Shown here: in pieces, positions 29,997 through 40,231 of the stretch
Layout of the letters: every line of letters begins with the position of its first letter
Numbering within the stretch: position 1 is the first letter of the stretch
Origin: a virus
Virus record (IMG/VR): IMGVR_UViG_3300032288_004022
Span: 1-64,000 of that record
Direction: 5' to 3' (one strand)
DNA length: 64,000 bases
The notes under the pieces: generated by a model
Database searches by the model: none
What the model was told of the DNA's origin: nothing
The model's input: the letters and a program-made list of their open reading frames with translations, nothing else
Position numbers and translations under genes: made by a program

Positions 29997-31898
29997 ATGG
30001 CTACAATCAATTCTTTATCCCAACAACTGCTTGACATGTTGGTTACACGCAATTTTCATCCTGAAATGCTGGATCGCACCGGAAAACCTGCAGATGTAGA
30101 AGATGCAAAAACTTTCACATTCGACTATGTTTCCAACACAGGCAAAAACTACGGAACCATGGTCATTGTGCTGGCCCCCGACGACGAACTAAAAATCATG
30201 TACGGCGACAATCTTGGACGTACCATGGAAGGCGATGACAAAGACGAGTTTTTTGATTTTATACAACACATAAATCACAAAGCCACACAAAACCGCTGGA
30301 CACACAGCACAGCAGATATCAGTCAACTCAAATACACCATGCAAGGCATGGCAGCCATACAAGAAGGCCTGTTTGAAGGCTACTACGGTACTCGCAAAGT
30401 CAGCTATGCTGGCGAACCCACTCAAGCACGACTGCGCATAGTTCATAGCCAGCCCCTGGGCGAAAATGACGCACGTTATCGTCACATTGATCGGATGTTT
30501 ATCGAAACTGCCGAGGGTGAGTGTTTCAAATTGGGATTCAAAAGTTTATCAGGCGCTCGGGCCATGCTGGAACATGTGCGCCAAGGCGGCAAGCCCTACG
30601 ACATTCGCGGCTGTCACATCACAGAAACAGTAAATGAAATTGCTGTACTCAGTCGCTTCAACCGTGCCAGCGCCAGCCGTATTCTAGAAGGCGTCACGCA
30701 GCAATTGGTAACCGAAGCACAACAATACTACCAAAGCCTGCGCGAGAATCTCAAGTACCTAGCCACAGCTCGTGGGTATACCAAATACTTTGAGTCTTGG
30801 CATCCAGCCACAATCACAGAACAAGAAGGTGTTGTAGACAACATCAAAACTCTGTTTATCGAGCAGAGTATCGACAGTCGCATTGAAGCGGCACTACCAC
30901 TGCTGGCCAAGATACAGCAAAAAGGACAAGAAATGAAAGAAGTAGAAATTTTTGAAAACTGGATCAACAACCTCAGTGAAGGCACCTGGTCATTACCCGA
31001 AACTCCTGAACAGTTAGACAAACTAAAAACACTCATGACCAAGGAGTTGATTGTTGGGCCCGACGCTACCAATGCCACCGAACAACTTTATGACCTAATT
31101 GGCGACGATGAGCTGTTTGATCGACTGCAAGAACTGGCTTCTCGTGATCCCAGAGCCAATGCCTGGAACGACACAGAAGTCATGGCCCGCATCAAGGAAC
31201 TGGGCATCGAAATGCCAGAGCCCACAGCACCTGGTAACCCAGCTGAACCCGAAACCGGTGCAACAGCACCTGTGGCAGCCCAGGTTCCTCCCAACCCTGC
31301 TCCACAACAGCCGGTGGCAGAAGAAATCAATGCCATGCGTCGAGCCGCAGGCCTGCCTGTGGTCGAAGGCCGTATGCTAGATGAAAGTGGCGAAGCACTT
31401 GAGCATGTTTTGGATCGGTTCAAACACGAAGTTAGAAATTTTGAACAATCCGGCGAGCTAGACGACAATCTGTATGATGCCTTGTTTGATTATTATTCCA
31501 GCACAGGTGAAATGCCCTATGGTGTAGCAAAAGCCCGCACAGGCGACCCACACAATTGGATTAGTGACCGATTGGGACAAAAACTTGGTGTCACAGAAAA
31601 TCTTATTGCTCCCATGGCCATGCCAGTAACTACCGAAAGTGGCTCATGCAACATGACCATGGAAGGCGAGTATTGCCCCGAACACGGGCTTGCTGAATGT
31701 GGTTACATGGAAACAGCAGGTGACATGGGCTCTGGAGACATAGCACCAGTCATGGGAGAAGAAAAGCAAGAAGCGTTTGTTAACAAACATCATGATGACC
31801 CAATGAACTACAATGCCGCAATCACTGGCAGTTACTACGAATCCCGGGAAGGCGATGCCACTTTGGCAAGAATAAAATCACTAGCTCTGCTCAGATAA
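29997..31898 (+). CDS. Probable head/virion protein
   Basis: TAAATA 29984; hydrophobic-x-E sites; INAMRRAAGL and LARIKSLA motifs. Confidence 0.6.
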   Translation: MATINSLSQQLLDMLVTRNFHPEMLDRTGKPADVEDAKTFTFDYVSNTGKNYGTMVIVLAPDDELKIMYGDNLGRTMEGDDKDEFFDFIQHINHKATQNRWTHSTADISQLKYTMQGMAAIQEGLFEGYYGTRKVSYAGEPTQARLRIVHSQPLGENDARYRHIDRMFIETAEGECFKLGFKSLSGARAMLEHVRQGGKPYDIRGCHITETVNEIAVLSRFNRASASRILEGVTQQLVTEAQQYYQSLRENLKYLATARGYTKYFESWHPATITEQEGVVDNIKTLFIEQSIDSRIEAALPLLAKIQQKGQEMKEVEIFENWINNLSEGTWSLPETPEQLDKLKTLMTKELIVGPDATNATEQLYDLIGDDELFDRLQELASRDPRANAWNDTEVMARIKELGIEMPEPTAPGNPAEPETGATAPVAAQVPPNPAPQQPVAEEINAMRRAAGLPVVEGRMLDESGEALEHVLDRFKHEVRNFEQSGELDDNLYDALFDYYSSTGEMPYGVAKARTGDPHNWISDRLGQKLGVTENLIAPMAMPVTTESGSCNMTMEGEYCPEHGLAECGYMETAGDMGSGDIAPVMGEEKQEAFVNKHHDDPMNYNAAITGSYYESREGDATLARIKSLALLR

Positions 31899-31903
31899 TA
31901 TCC

Positions 31904-32473
31904 TTGAAGGCACAACAAATACTAGAAACAGTTTGGGAAGTGGACAACTTCTTCCCAGACTTCCAACATGTAAAAAGTCTATATAGAACCAGCCACACTC
32001 CTTGGCACAGTGAGTACCCCAATAGGCTGCTTACTCCCTACAGCAATACCCCCGATCTGCAAACTCAACTGGACAAATTTCTGCCAGATATACAAAACAT
32101 TGTTGGGCAAGAGTTGACAACACAAGTGGCGTATGCCAGTTTGGATCTGTCGGGCAGTCGTATCATGATGCATCGATTACATCCAGATATAAGATGTTTT
32201 GTGCAGGTGTGCATGAGCGACGCCGAGTGTGTTGAACTGGCAACACATTTTTGTATTGATGACGAGTTCAACGCCAACCACAATCAAGATTACGAAGCCA
32301 TTGAAAAATTTAAATCTGGAAAACTGCAGGCAGTGAATTACCGGCCAAACACAGCCTATATTTTGCTGAATCACCCAAGAATATTCATGGGCACCAGAAA
32401 CACAGTGCCACCAAACATGGCAAGAGAAACTGTGAATTTACATTTTGGCTTGCCATTGAAAACAAATACTTGA
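31904..32473 (+). CDS. 2OG-Fe(II) oxygenase-like protein (degenerate motif)
   Basis: IMMHRLHPD...YRPNTAYI...RETV; resembles the convergent gene. Confidence 0.5.
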   Translation: MKAQQILETVWEVDNFFPDFQHVKSLYRTSHTPWHSEYPNRLLTPYSNTPDLQTQLDKFLPDIQNIVGQELTTQVAYASLDLSGSRIMMHRLHPDIRCFVQVCMSDAECVELATHFCIDDEFNANHNQDYEAIEKFKSGKLQAVNYRPNTAYILLNHPRIFMGTRNTVPPNMARETVNLHFGLPLKTNT

Positions 32474-32965
32474 TCTCCCCCCACCTGAACGAGGCAGAGC
32501 AAAGTGTATTTTTCTGTCTGTGTTCAAATTGATGTATCCGGTATTGGGCTCAAACGGAACAACAACATGTGGATACACGTGAGTAAAGGTAGTTCCAGGA
32601 ACCGTATCCCCGTGTCGCCAAAGATACACTTGATATGTGATCAATAACAATTCAGCATCAACATGCCTGGGACAATGAAAATCCGGTAAATCCAGCCACA
32701 CTTTTGTATCCACAGTTGTTAAGGGCTGACCAACTATTTTCTCTATAGACTCAGTCAAATTATTGTGAAGATTTTGAATTGCACCGTGTGATTTGCTTTC
32801 CGAAGACAACTCCAGACGGTACTCCAAACAATCCTGTGGCCGGGACCATATTTCATTGTGTGCTAGGTGCAATTGACTCAGCCAATCCAATGTTGATTGA
32901 TCGAAGCAGTTGGACACTGTCCAGAGATTGGGAGCTACGGGCTCACAGATTGAATGATCGTGCAT
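32438..32965 (-). CDS. 2OG-Fe(II) oxygenase
   Basis: HVD...YQVYL...GT.F...PNTGYI...H...RSS. Confidence 0.75.
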   Translation of the reverse strand: MHDHSICEPVAPNLWTVSNCFDQSTLDWLSQLHLAHNEIWSRPQDCLEYRLELSSESKSHGAIQNLHNNLTESIEKIVGQPLTTVDTKVWLDLPDFHCPRHVDAELLLITYQVYLWRHGDTVPGTTFTHVYPHVVVPFEPNTGYINLNTDRKIHFALPRSGGGRSSICFQWQAKM

Positions 32966-33006
32966 GCCAATATTTAACAGTATGGCAAAAAAATTTTAAA
33001 TTTTGC

Positions 33007-33116
33007 TTGTGTTGCTAAATAGACTAGTATACAATACAACTTGTATGCACAGGCAACAAACATCTAAATTTTTAGATAGGCATATAACATAGGCAACTTT
33101 TTAAGGAGAATATACT
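33007..33116 (+). promoter_or_regulatory. gp32 promoter(s) and AT-rich leader
   Basis: TTGTGT-17-TACAAT with nested TAAATA 33016; three AGGCA repeats; AAGGAG SD. Confidence 0.6.
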
Positions 33117-34106
33117 ATGGCATCTTTAGCAGAAATTCGAGCACGACTACAGGCAGCAGAATCAAAAGGTGGGCAATCCACCGAACGCGGCGATAATTCA
33201 ATTTATCCGCACTGGAACATGGAAGAAGGCCAATCGGCTACACTGCGCTTCCTCCCTGATGGTAACTCTAAAAACACTTTCTTTTGGCAAGAACGAGCAA
33301 TGATTCGTTTGCCTTTCAACGGTATCAAAGGAGAGATGGAATCCAAACAAGTTATGGTACAAGTACCTTGCGTGGAAATGTGGGGTGAGGCATGTCCCAT
33401 TCTAGCAGAAGTACGCACTTGGTTCAAGGACAAGAGCCTTGAAGAAATGGGTCGTAAGTACTGGAAGAAACGCAGTTACATTTTCCAAGGCTTTGTTCGC
33501 GAAAACCCCTTGAGCGATGACAAAACACCCGACAATCCAATCCGTCGCTTTATCATTGGTCCTCAGATCTTTACCACCATCAAAGGTGCCTTGATGGATC
33601 CTGAACTGGAAGAATTGCCAACTGACTACCTGCGTGGTCTAGACTTCCGTATCAGCAAAGGTGCCAAAGGCGGTTTTGCTGACTACAATGGAAGCAAATG
33701 GGCACGTAAAGAGTCCGCATTGACCGAAGCAGAACAAGCCGCAGTTGATGCACATGGTTTGTTTGATTTGAGCACATTTTTGCCCAAAAAACCCACAGAT
33801 GTTGAGTTGAAAGTTATCAAAGAGATGTTTGAAGCAAGTGTTGATGGCCAGCCATACGACACAGAGCGTTGGGGTCAATACTTCCGTCCTGCTGGCGTAC
33901 AAGCACCTGCCGGTGCTACTTCGGCACCAGCCGCAGATGAAAATATTTCCGCTCCAGCAGCAAAACCAGCACTCAAAGTAACTGCACCTGCAAGTGATTT
34001 TGATGATGAAGAAGTGCCAGCTGCTTCGGCACCAGTTGCGGCCGCAAAGCCAGCACAAAAGGCTGAAGATATCTTGGCAATGATTCGCGCTAGACAACAA
34101 AAATAA
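33117..34106 (+). CDS. ssDNA-binding protein (T4 gp32-like)
   Basis: LRFLPD, CVEMWGEACP, YWKKRSY, GLDF, FADY, acidic tail. Confidence 0.9.
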   Translation: MASLAEIRARLQAAESKGGQSTERGDNSIYPHWNMEEGQSATLRFLPDGNSKNTFFWQERAMIRLPFNGIKGEMESKQVMVQVPCVEMWGEACPILAEVRTWFKDKSLEEMGRKYWKKRSYIFQGFVRENPLSDDKTPDNPIRRFIIGPQIFTTIKGALMDPELEELPTDYLRGLDFRISKGAKGGFADYNGSKWARKESALTEAEQAAVDAHGLFDLSTFLPKKPTDVELKVIKEMFEASVDGQPYDTERWGQYFRPAGVQAPAGATSAPAADENISAPAAKPALKVTAPASDFDDEEVPAASAPVAAAKPAQKAEDILAMIRARQQK

Positions 34107-34115
34107 TCTAGTGTT

Positions 34116-34156
34116 ACGCACAGTGGGTCGAGCTCACTGTGCGTTCATATCTTTTC
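34116..34156 (+). terminator. 13-bp stem-loop after gp32
   Basis: ACGCACAGTGGGT-CGA-GCTCACTGTGCGT then TCATATCTTTT. Confidence 0.6.
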
Positions 34157-34172
34157 TATACATAGGTGATCT

Positions 34173-35228
34173 GTGGGCAAACCATTCGACGTAAGCAAAT
34201 TTCGTAAAGAAATTACAAAAAGTATTGATGGCCTTTCAATAGGCTTTAACGATCCAACTGACTGGATCAGCACTGGCAATTATGCCTTGAACTATTTGAT
34301 CAGCGGCGACTTTAATCGTGGCATTCCTTTGGGCAAGGTCACTGTGTTTGCTGGTGACTCGGGCGCCGGCAAAAGCTACATCTGTAGTGGCAACATCATC
34401 AAACATGCACAAGAGCAAGGCATCTTTGTGGTGCTGATTGATTCAGAAAACGCATTAGACGAAGACTGGCTCAAGGCCTTGGGGGTGGACACCAGTGATG
34501 GCAAACTGCTCAAACTCAGTATGGCCATGATCGATGACGTAGCCAAGACTATCTCAACATTCATGAGTGACTACAAAGGCCTAGCTGATGGCGAGCGCCC
34601 CAAGGTGTTGTTTGTTATTGACTCACTGGGCATGTTGCTGACCCCAACTGATATCAACCAGTTTGATTCGGGCGACCTCAAAGGTGATCTGGGTCGCAAG
34701 CCCAAGGCGCTGACTGCACTGGTTCGTAACTGTGTCAACATGTTTGGTAGCTACAATGTGGGCTTGGTGTGCACCAACCACACATACGCAAGTCAAGACA
34801 TGTTTGACCCCGATGACAAGATTTCAGGCGGGCAGGGCTTCATTTATGCCAGCTCAATTGTGGTGGCCATGAAGAAGCTCAAACTCAAAGAAGACGAAGA
34901 CGGCAACAAGATTTCCGATGTCATGGGCATTCGTGCTGCCTGCAAGGTCATGAAAACACGCTATGCCAAACCCTTTGAAGGTGTGCAGGTCAAGATTCCT
35001 TACGAAACAGGCATGAGTCCTTATTCGGGTCTTGTAGACTTGATTGAGAAAAAAGGCATGCTCAAACGCGAAGGCAACAGCCTGGTGTTTACCACAAGCG
35101 ATGGTGAGATCATCAAGAAGTTCCGCAAAGCCTGGGAAAAGAACGATGACAACTGCCTTGACACTGTAATGAAAGACTTTGCAAATCACAAAGACGAGGT
35201 AACTACAGTCGAGGAGGAAACCGAATGA
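34173..35228 (+). CDS. uvsX: RecA-like recombinase UvsX
   Basis: GDSGAGKS, IDSENA, VIDSLG, TNHTY, SGGQG. Confidence 0.92.
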   Translation: MGKPFDVSKFRKEITKSIDGLSIGFNDPTDWISTGNYALNYLISGDFNRGIPLGKVTVFAGDSGAGKSYICSGNIIKHAQEQGIFVVLIDSENALDEDWLKALGVDTSDGKLLKLSMAMIDDVAKTISTFMSDYKGLADGERPKVLFVIDSLGMLLTPTDINQFDSGDLKGDLGRKPKALTALVRNCVNMFGSYNVGLVCTNHTYASQDMFDPDDKISGGQGFIYASSIVVAMKKLKLKEDEDGNKISDVMGIRAACKVMKTRYAKPFEGVQVKIPYETGMSPYSGLVDLIEKKGMLKREGNSLVFTTSDGEIIKKFRKAWEKNDDNCLDTVMKDFANHKDEVTTVEEETE

Positions 35229-35488
35229 GTGAAACTATCGCAGCAGAAATTTGGGGCGAGCTCAAGCGTTACATAAACACTGTGGATCGCAATGAGGCTG
35301 CTGAAACTGTGGTTCAAATTTTAATGGACAACGACTCGGATGTTGACGATATTCGTGATGCCTTCAAGGGCGATTCGGATATCAAACGTGCATTGACTGC
35401 ATACCTTGACAACGACAAGGACTATGCGGAAGAGGACGACGAAGAAGACGAAGACGAAGAGTACGAAGACGAAGACTGGGAAAACTAA
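35225..35488 (+). CDS. Small acidic hypothetical protein
   Basis: ATGA overlap; D/E-rich tail. Confidence 0.7.
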   Translation: MSETIAAEIWGELKRYINTVDRNEAAETVVQILMDNDSDVDDIRDAFKGDSDIKRALTAYLDNDKDYAEEDDEEDEDEEYEDEDWEN

Positions 35489-35940
35489 TGTGGTATAGTC
35501 GCGTGGTCGCTGACCTCGGCAATATTCCAGATTTTATAGCACACTACGAGCGCGAGCTTGAGGACGCTAAAAAAGAATGTAAAATTAGCGGCTTAATTGA
35601 GCGCCATTTGAAAGAGTTGCCCGGCGCAACCGAGCAACGATTTTATCAGTTGCAGGAAATTGAAGCAGTGTTGAATTACCTCAATATTCAATTGCGTAAA
35701 ATTCGCCGCCGCCATTTTCAAAAATATCTTGAAGCATATGCACGAGCTCTTACTAGTCGTGATGCTGAAAAATATGTTGACGGTGAAGACGAAGTTGTTG
35801 ACTTTGAAACAATCATCAACGAAGTGGCTCTGTTGCGCAATCGTTGGTTGGGCATTATGAAAGGCCTTGAAGCCAAGCAGTGGCAAATGGGGCACATTGT
35901 TCGACTGCGCACAGCCGGCATGGAAGATATTACAGTTTAA
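35488..35940 (+). CDS. uvsY: Recombination mediator UvsY-like
   Basis: Helical; AEKYVDGEDEV...KGLEAKQWQM; downstream of UvsX. Confidence 0.75.
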   Translation: MWYSRVVADLGNIPDFIAHYERELEDAKKECKISGLIERHLKELPGATEQRFYQLQEIEAVLNYLNIQLRKIRRRHFQKYLEAYARALTSRDAEKYVDGEDEVVDFETIINEVALLRNRWLGIMKGLEAKQWQMGHIVRLRTAGMEDITV

Positions 35941-35947
35941 GGAAAAT

Positions 35948-37048
35948 ATGAGTTATTTGTTTACAAGTGAGTCGGTGAGTGAAGGACATCCCGACAAAGT
36001 GGCTGATGCCATCAGTGATGCTGTTCTTGATATCATCATGGAAAAGCAAGATCCTGCACTGCGTTGTGCATGCGAAACCTTGGTTACCACCAATCGTGTT
36101 GTGATTGCTGGTGAATACAAAGGTGTTTTGCATGACCAAGAAGTTGAAAGTGCTGTGCGCAGAACCATTAAAAATATTGGCTATCAACAATCAGGATTTG
36201 ATTGGAGCACAGTAGAGATAACCAATTTATTGCACGGACAATCAGCAGACATTGCCTTGGGCACAGACACATTTGGTGCCGGCGATCAGGGCTTGATGTT
36301 TGGTTATGCCTGCGATGAAACTGAAAATCACATGCCCAGTGCAATTTACTGGAGTCATAGAATTGTAGAGACTCTGACTCGAGTGCGGAAAAGCATGGCG
36401 CTGCCTTGGCTGGGGCCCGATGCCAAAAGCCAAGTAACATTTGAGTATGATGACAAAAATCGCCCAGTTCGAATTGCCAAAGTGGTTTGTAGCACACAGC
36501 ATCACGAAGACACTGACATTGAAAGGGTTAGACAGTCAGTTGAATCTGTGATTCGCGGCATATTGCCTGAAAAATATGTTGATAATCGCACTGAGTTTTT
36601 TATCAATCCCACTGGTCGCTTTGTTATTGGCGGCCCTGATGGCGATACTGGGTTGACTGGTCGCAAGATCATTGTTGACACCTATGGTGGATACAGCCCC
36701 CACGGCGGTGGCGCATTCTCGGGCAAAGATCCCACCAAGGTGGACAGATCGGCTGCTTATATGATGCGTTATATCGCCAAGAATATTGTGGCTTCGGGTC
36801 AAGCGCCCCGGGCGACCTGTCAAATCAGTTACGCCATTGGTATGAAGGATCCCATGAGTTTCTATGTTGAAACACCAGATCAAGACTTGAGTCGCCGACT
36901 CACGTTGAAAATTCAAGACCTGATTGACTTGACACCCATGGGCATTATTCGACATTTTGATCTATTCCGACCCATCTACAGTTCTACAACTAACTATGGA
37001 CATTTTGGTAAAGCAGATTTGCCCTGGGAAAAGATAGACCTGTTCTGA
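35948..37048 (+). CDS. metK: S-adenosylmethionine synthetase
   Basis: FTSESVSEGHPDK, GAGDQG, GGGAFSGKD, YGHFG; start 35948 after AAGGA. Confidence 0.97.
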   Translation: MSYLFTSESVSEGHPDKVADAISDAVLDIIMEKQDPALRCACETLVTTNRVVIAGEYKGVLHDQEVESAVRRTIKNIGYQQSGFDWSTVEITNLLHGQSADIALGTDTFGAGDQGLMFGYACDETENHMPSAIYWSHRIVETLTRVRKSMALPWLGPDAKSQVTFEYDDKNRPVRIAKVVCSTQHHEDTDIERVRQSVESVIRGILPEKYVDNRTEFFINPTGRFVIGGPDGDTGLTGRKIIVDTYGGYSPHGGGAFSGKDPTKVDRSAAYMMRYIAKNIVASGQAPRATCQISYAIGMKDPMSFYVETPDQDLSRRLTLKIQDLIDLTPMGIIRHFDLFRPIYSSTTNYGHFGKADLPWEKIDLF

Positions 37049-37067
37049 ACCGCTTGTAAATACAGGT

Positions 37068-37826
37068 ATGAAAATCGTACTTGTTACAGGTGGATTTGAT
37101 CCACTACACTCTGGACACATCTCTTATCTCAATCATGCGGATCATTTAGGTGATCACTTGATCGTGGGTCTAAATTCAGATGAGTGGCTCTCACGTAAAA
37201 AAGGTCGTCCGTTCATGACTTGGCGTGAACGCATGGTTGTTCTAGACAACTTACACATGGTCGGCGAGGTAATTGAGTTTGACGACAGAGATGGCACAGC
37301 CTGTGATGCCATACGCCGAGTTCGGGAAAAGTACCCCAACGATGAAATCATCTTTGCCAACGGAGGTGATCGTACAGCAAACAACATTCCAGAAATGGTG
37401 TTCAATGATGTGGAATTTGTGTTTGGTGTAGGTGGCGAAGATAAGAAAAACAGTAGTAGCTGGATTCTTGAAGATTGGAAAAAGCCCAAGACCGAACGTA
37501 GTTGGGGTTACTACCGTGTGTTACACGAAGTGGGTGCCAACACCAAACTCAAAGAGCTCACAGTACAGCCTAAGACTTGTTTGAGCATGCAACGACATGA
37601 TCAACGTGCAGAGTTTTGGTTTGTGGCCGAAGGCACAGCCACAGTATACACCTTGGACCAAGCCAGCACAGACATCGATGTCAAATGTCAGCTGGAAATG
37701 CATCAACATACTTTTATTAGTTGCAAGGAGTGGCACCAACTGTGTAACGAAACTGATCAGCCCTTGAAACTGATCGAAATTCAGTACGGTGAAAACTGTG
37801 TTGAGGAAGATATAGAACGCCGATGA
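37068..37826 (+). CDS. Cytidylyltransferase (HIGH) fused to mannose-6-P-isomerase-type cupin
   Basis: GGFDPLHSGH, GLNSD, ANGGDR; RSWGYY...LSMQRH..RAEFW. Confidence 0.85.
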   Translation: MKIVLVTGGFDPLHSGHISYLNHADHLGDHLIVGLNSDEWLSRKKGRPFMTWRERMVVLDNLHMVGEVIEFDDRDGTACDAIRRVREKYPNDEIIFANGGDRTANNIPEMVFNDVEFVFGVGGEDKKNSSSWILEDWKKPKTERSWGYYRVLHEVGANTKLKELTVQPKTCLSMQRHDQRAEFWFVAEGTATVYTLDQASTDIDVKCQLEMHQHTFISCKEWHQLCNETDQPLKLIEIQYGENCVEEDIERR

Positions 37827-38509
37827 AAGCCATACCAGTTTATATTGGCTACGATCCTCGTGAGGCCATTGCCTATCATACCTGTGTCAACAGCATCATA
37901 AGAAACGCCAGTCAGCCAGTGGCCATCATACCTGTGGCCTTGAATTTGTTTGGCGACTACAGCGAAACTCACACCGATGGCAGCAACCACTTTATCTACA
38001 CTAGATTTCTAGTTCCCTATCTTCAAGAATACACAGGTCATGCCATATTCATTGACGGCGACATGATTGTGCGTGGTGATATTGCAGAACTTTGGAACTT
38101 GCGCGACTTATACAAGGATGTTCAAGTGGTCAAACATGACTACAAAACTCGAATGCCTGTGAAATATCTTGGTTCAAGGAACGAAGACTACCCTAGGAAA
38201 AATTGGAGCAGTGTGATATTATGGAACTGCAACAGTTACCCTAATCGAAAACTCACTCCAGAATTTGTTCAACGAGCCACAGGTGCTGAACTTCATCGCT
38301 TCTCGTGGCTGGATGATGATCGCATAGGCGAGTTACCACCTGAATGGAATTGGTTGCCCGATGAATACGGGTCAAACCCCGCGGCCAAGCTCTTGCACTA
38401 TACCTTGGGCACTCCATGCTTTCATGAGTTCGCCGACACCCCCATGGCGGATGAGTGGCACCGTGAGCGCATGCTTACTGAGTATTGTTTGCAACACAAC
38501 TCTCAATGA
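37823..38509 (+). CDS. Glycosyltransferase (GT8/CDI-like)
   Basis: IGYDPRE, RFLVP, FIDGD, YPRKNWSS, HYTLGTP. Confidence 0.85.
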   Translation: MKAIPVYIGYDPREAIAYHTCVNSIIRNASQPVAIIPVALNLFGDYSETHTDGSNHFIYTRFLVPYLQEYTGHAIFIDGDMIVRGDIAELWNLRDLYKDVQVVKHDYKTRMPVKYLGSRNEDYPRKNWSSVILWNCNSYPNRKLTPEFVQRATGAELHRFSWLDDDRIGELPPEWNWLPDEYGSNPAAKLLHYTLGTPCFHEFADTPMADEWHRERMLTEYCLQHNSQ

Positions 38510-39300
38510 CCGACTGGATTTTTCTCAGTAAAAATTCCGAGGACGAATATATCAACATGTTTGCCCGTGGCTGCGGTGCAGAACCAGTTGCAGATTTTGA
38601 TTATAATTCAACCAATCAGCCCATAGTTCTACGAGGCATACTCAAACACAAAATAATGAAACAGTGTTGGGTTGATTGTAGAGATTTCTATTACATTGAT
38701 TCAGGGTATTTTGGTAACAATCCCAATCCGTTGAATCCCCAAGGATGGAAAGTGTGGCATAGAATTGTAAAAAACAATCTACAACATGGAGATATTGTTT
38801 TGCGTCCTGATGATAGGTGGAAACGGTTCAACATTGATCTACAGAAAAAACGCACAGGCTCAAAAATCATTGTGGCTGCACCTGATGAAAAACCCTGCAA
38901 GTTCTACGGCATAGATCAACAACAGTGGGTCACTGATACTGTAAACACCATTAAAAAATACACAGATCGTCCCGTGGTGGTCAGACAACGATCACCCAAC
39001 AGAATAGATCGAATACAAAGTGATCCACTCAGCAAAGTGTTGCTGGATGATACACATGCCTTGGTCACTTTCAACAGCGTGGCCGCTGTTGAAAGTATAT
39101 TACTGGGTGTGCCGGCATTTGCACTATCGCCCAGCCATGCTGCTGCACCGGTGGCCAATCAGGACCTAAGTCTAATAGAAACTCCGTATTGGCCAGATCA
39201 AGATAAATTATATGCATGGGCTTGTCATTTGGCCTATGGACAGTTTCATGTTTCGGAACTACAAAATGGCACTGCTTATAGGATATTAAATGCTGGTTAA
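38506..39300 (+). CDS. KpsS/KpsC-like GT-B protein 1
   Basis: IDSGYF...TDRPVVVR...LVTFNSVAAVESILLGVP...HLAYGQF. Confidence 0.6.
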   Translation: MTDWIFLSKNSEDEYINMFARGCGAEPVADFDYNSTNQPIVLRGILKHKIMKQCWVDCRDFYYIDSGYFGNNPNPLNPQGWKVWHRIVKNNLQHGDIVLRPDDRWKRFNIDLQKKRTGSKIIVAAPDEKPCKFYGIDQQQWVTDTVNTIKKYTDRPVVVRQRSPNRIDRIQSDPLSKVLLDDTHALVTFNSVAAVESILLGVPAFALSPSHAAAPVANQDLSLIETPYWPDQDKLYAWACHLAYGQFHVSELQNGTAYRILNAG

Positions 39301-40231
39301 AGTCTTTTTGGAAACCGCTGGAAATTTTGAAGAACGAGAAATTCTCACCAAGTTCTACAACGGCATTGTCAACGCTGCCAATAACAATACACAAGCCGCA
39401 CTGGGTCTGTATAATTCATACAGCCCATGCGACGTAGGAGTTATACTGGGTAGTTGGAAACCTCGAGATAAAAATCATCACAATGTACGCAACGATATTG
39501 TGGAAAATGTCTCAACGTTTATTGTGATTGAAACTCCGTTGCTTGGCAGAGTGGTCAATCAACAAAACACTCAACATAGAATTGGTATCAACGGGTTTCT
39601 GAATCAAAGCGGAATATTCAATCACGGCAATCACAATGACAGCAGAGTAAAAAAACTTGGAATCGAGTGGAACGGATGGAAGCATGATCCCAACGGACAT
39701 ATTCTTCTCATGTTACAGTTGCCTGGTGATGCAAGTCTACGCGGAATCAACTTGTATGAATGGGTTGATTATGCAATTAAAAAAATTAGATCAGTGACCG
39801 ATCGCCCCATTGTGATTAGAACTCATCCGGCACATGGTATTAAAAATTCAGACGAATTTCATAATCTTGTGTCGTCGGTCGCGCTGTCAAGTCTTAAATC
39901 TAATATATCTTTTAGCATAGGCAGACACAAATCGTTTGAGGATGATGTGTTGGGGGCGTATTGTTCAGTGGCCTACTCCAGCGGCAGTAGTATCGACAGT
40001 GTATTGCATGGCATACCCACAGTGGCTGTTGATCCGGGAAATTTTGCATGGGACATATCAACCAACTATCTTGATGAAATTGAAACTGTCAAACTGGCCA
40101 CACAAGATGAAATCAATCAGTGGTTAAACAATTTGAGCTACAGTCAATGGTCTCCTGAGGAAATGTACAACGGAACAGCATGGAAGCATCTAGCATCAAT
40201 GATAAGACGAATTGCCAATAATAAAAAATGA
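39290..40231 (+). CDS. KpsS/KpsC-like GT-B protein 2
   Basis: LQLPGDASL, IRTHP, YSSGSSIDSVLHGIP, LSYSQW. Confidence 0.65.
   Translation: MLVKVFLETAGNFEEREILTKFYNGIVNAANNNTQAALGLYNSYSPCDVGVILGSWKPRDKNHHNVRNDIVENVSTFIVIETPLLGRVVNQQNTQHRIGINGFLNQSGIFNHGNHNDSRVKKLGIEWNGWKHDPNGHILLMLQLPGDASLRGINLYEWVDYAIKKIRSVTDRPIVIRTHPAHGIKNSDEFHNLVSSVALSSLKSNISFSIGRHKSFEDDVLGAYCSVAYSSGSSIDSVLHGIPTVAVDPGNFAWDISTNYLDEIETVKLATQDEINQWLNNLSYSQWSPEEMYNGTAWKHLASMIRRIANNKK

Noticed and set aside
35867-35947. Extended starts in the ORF track (e.g. 2963, 6252, 9794, 20621, 21858, 35867, 42844, 49527)
   Set aside because: They overlap upstream genes or promoters; downstream ATGs have better RBS or promoter support
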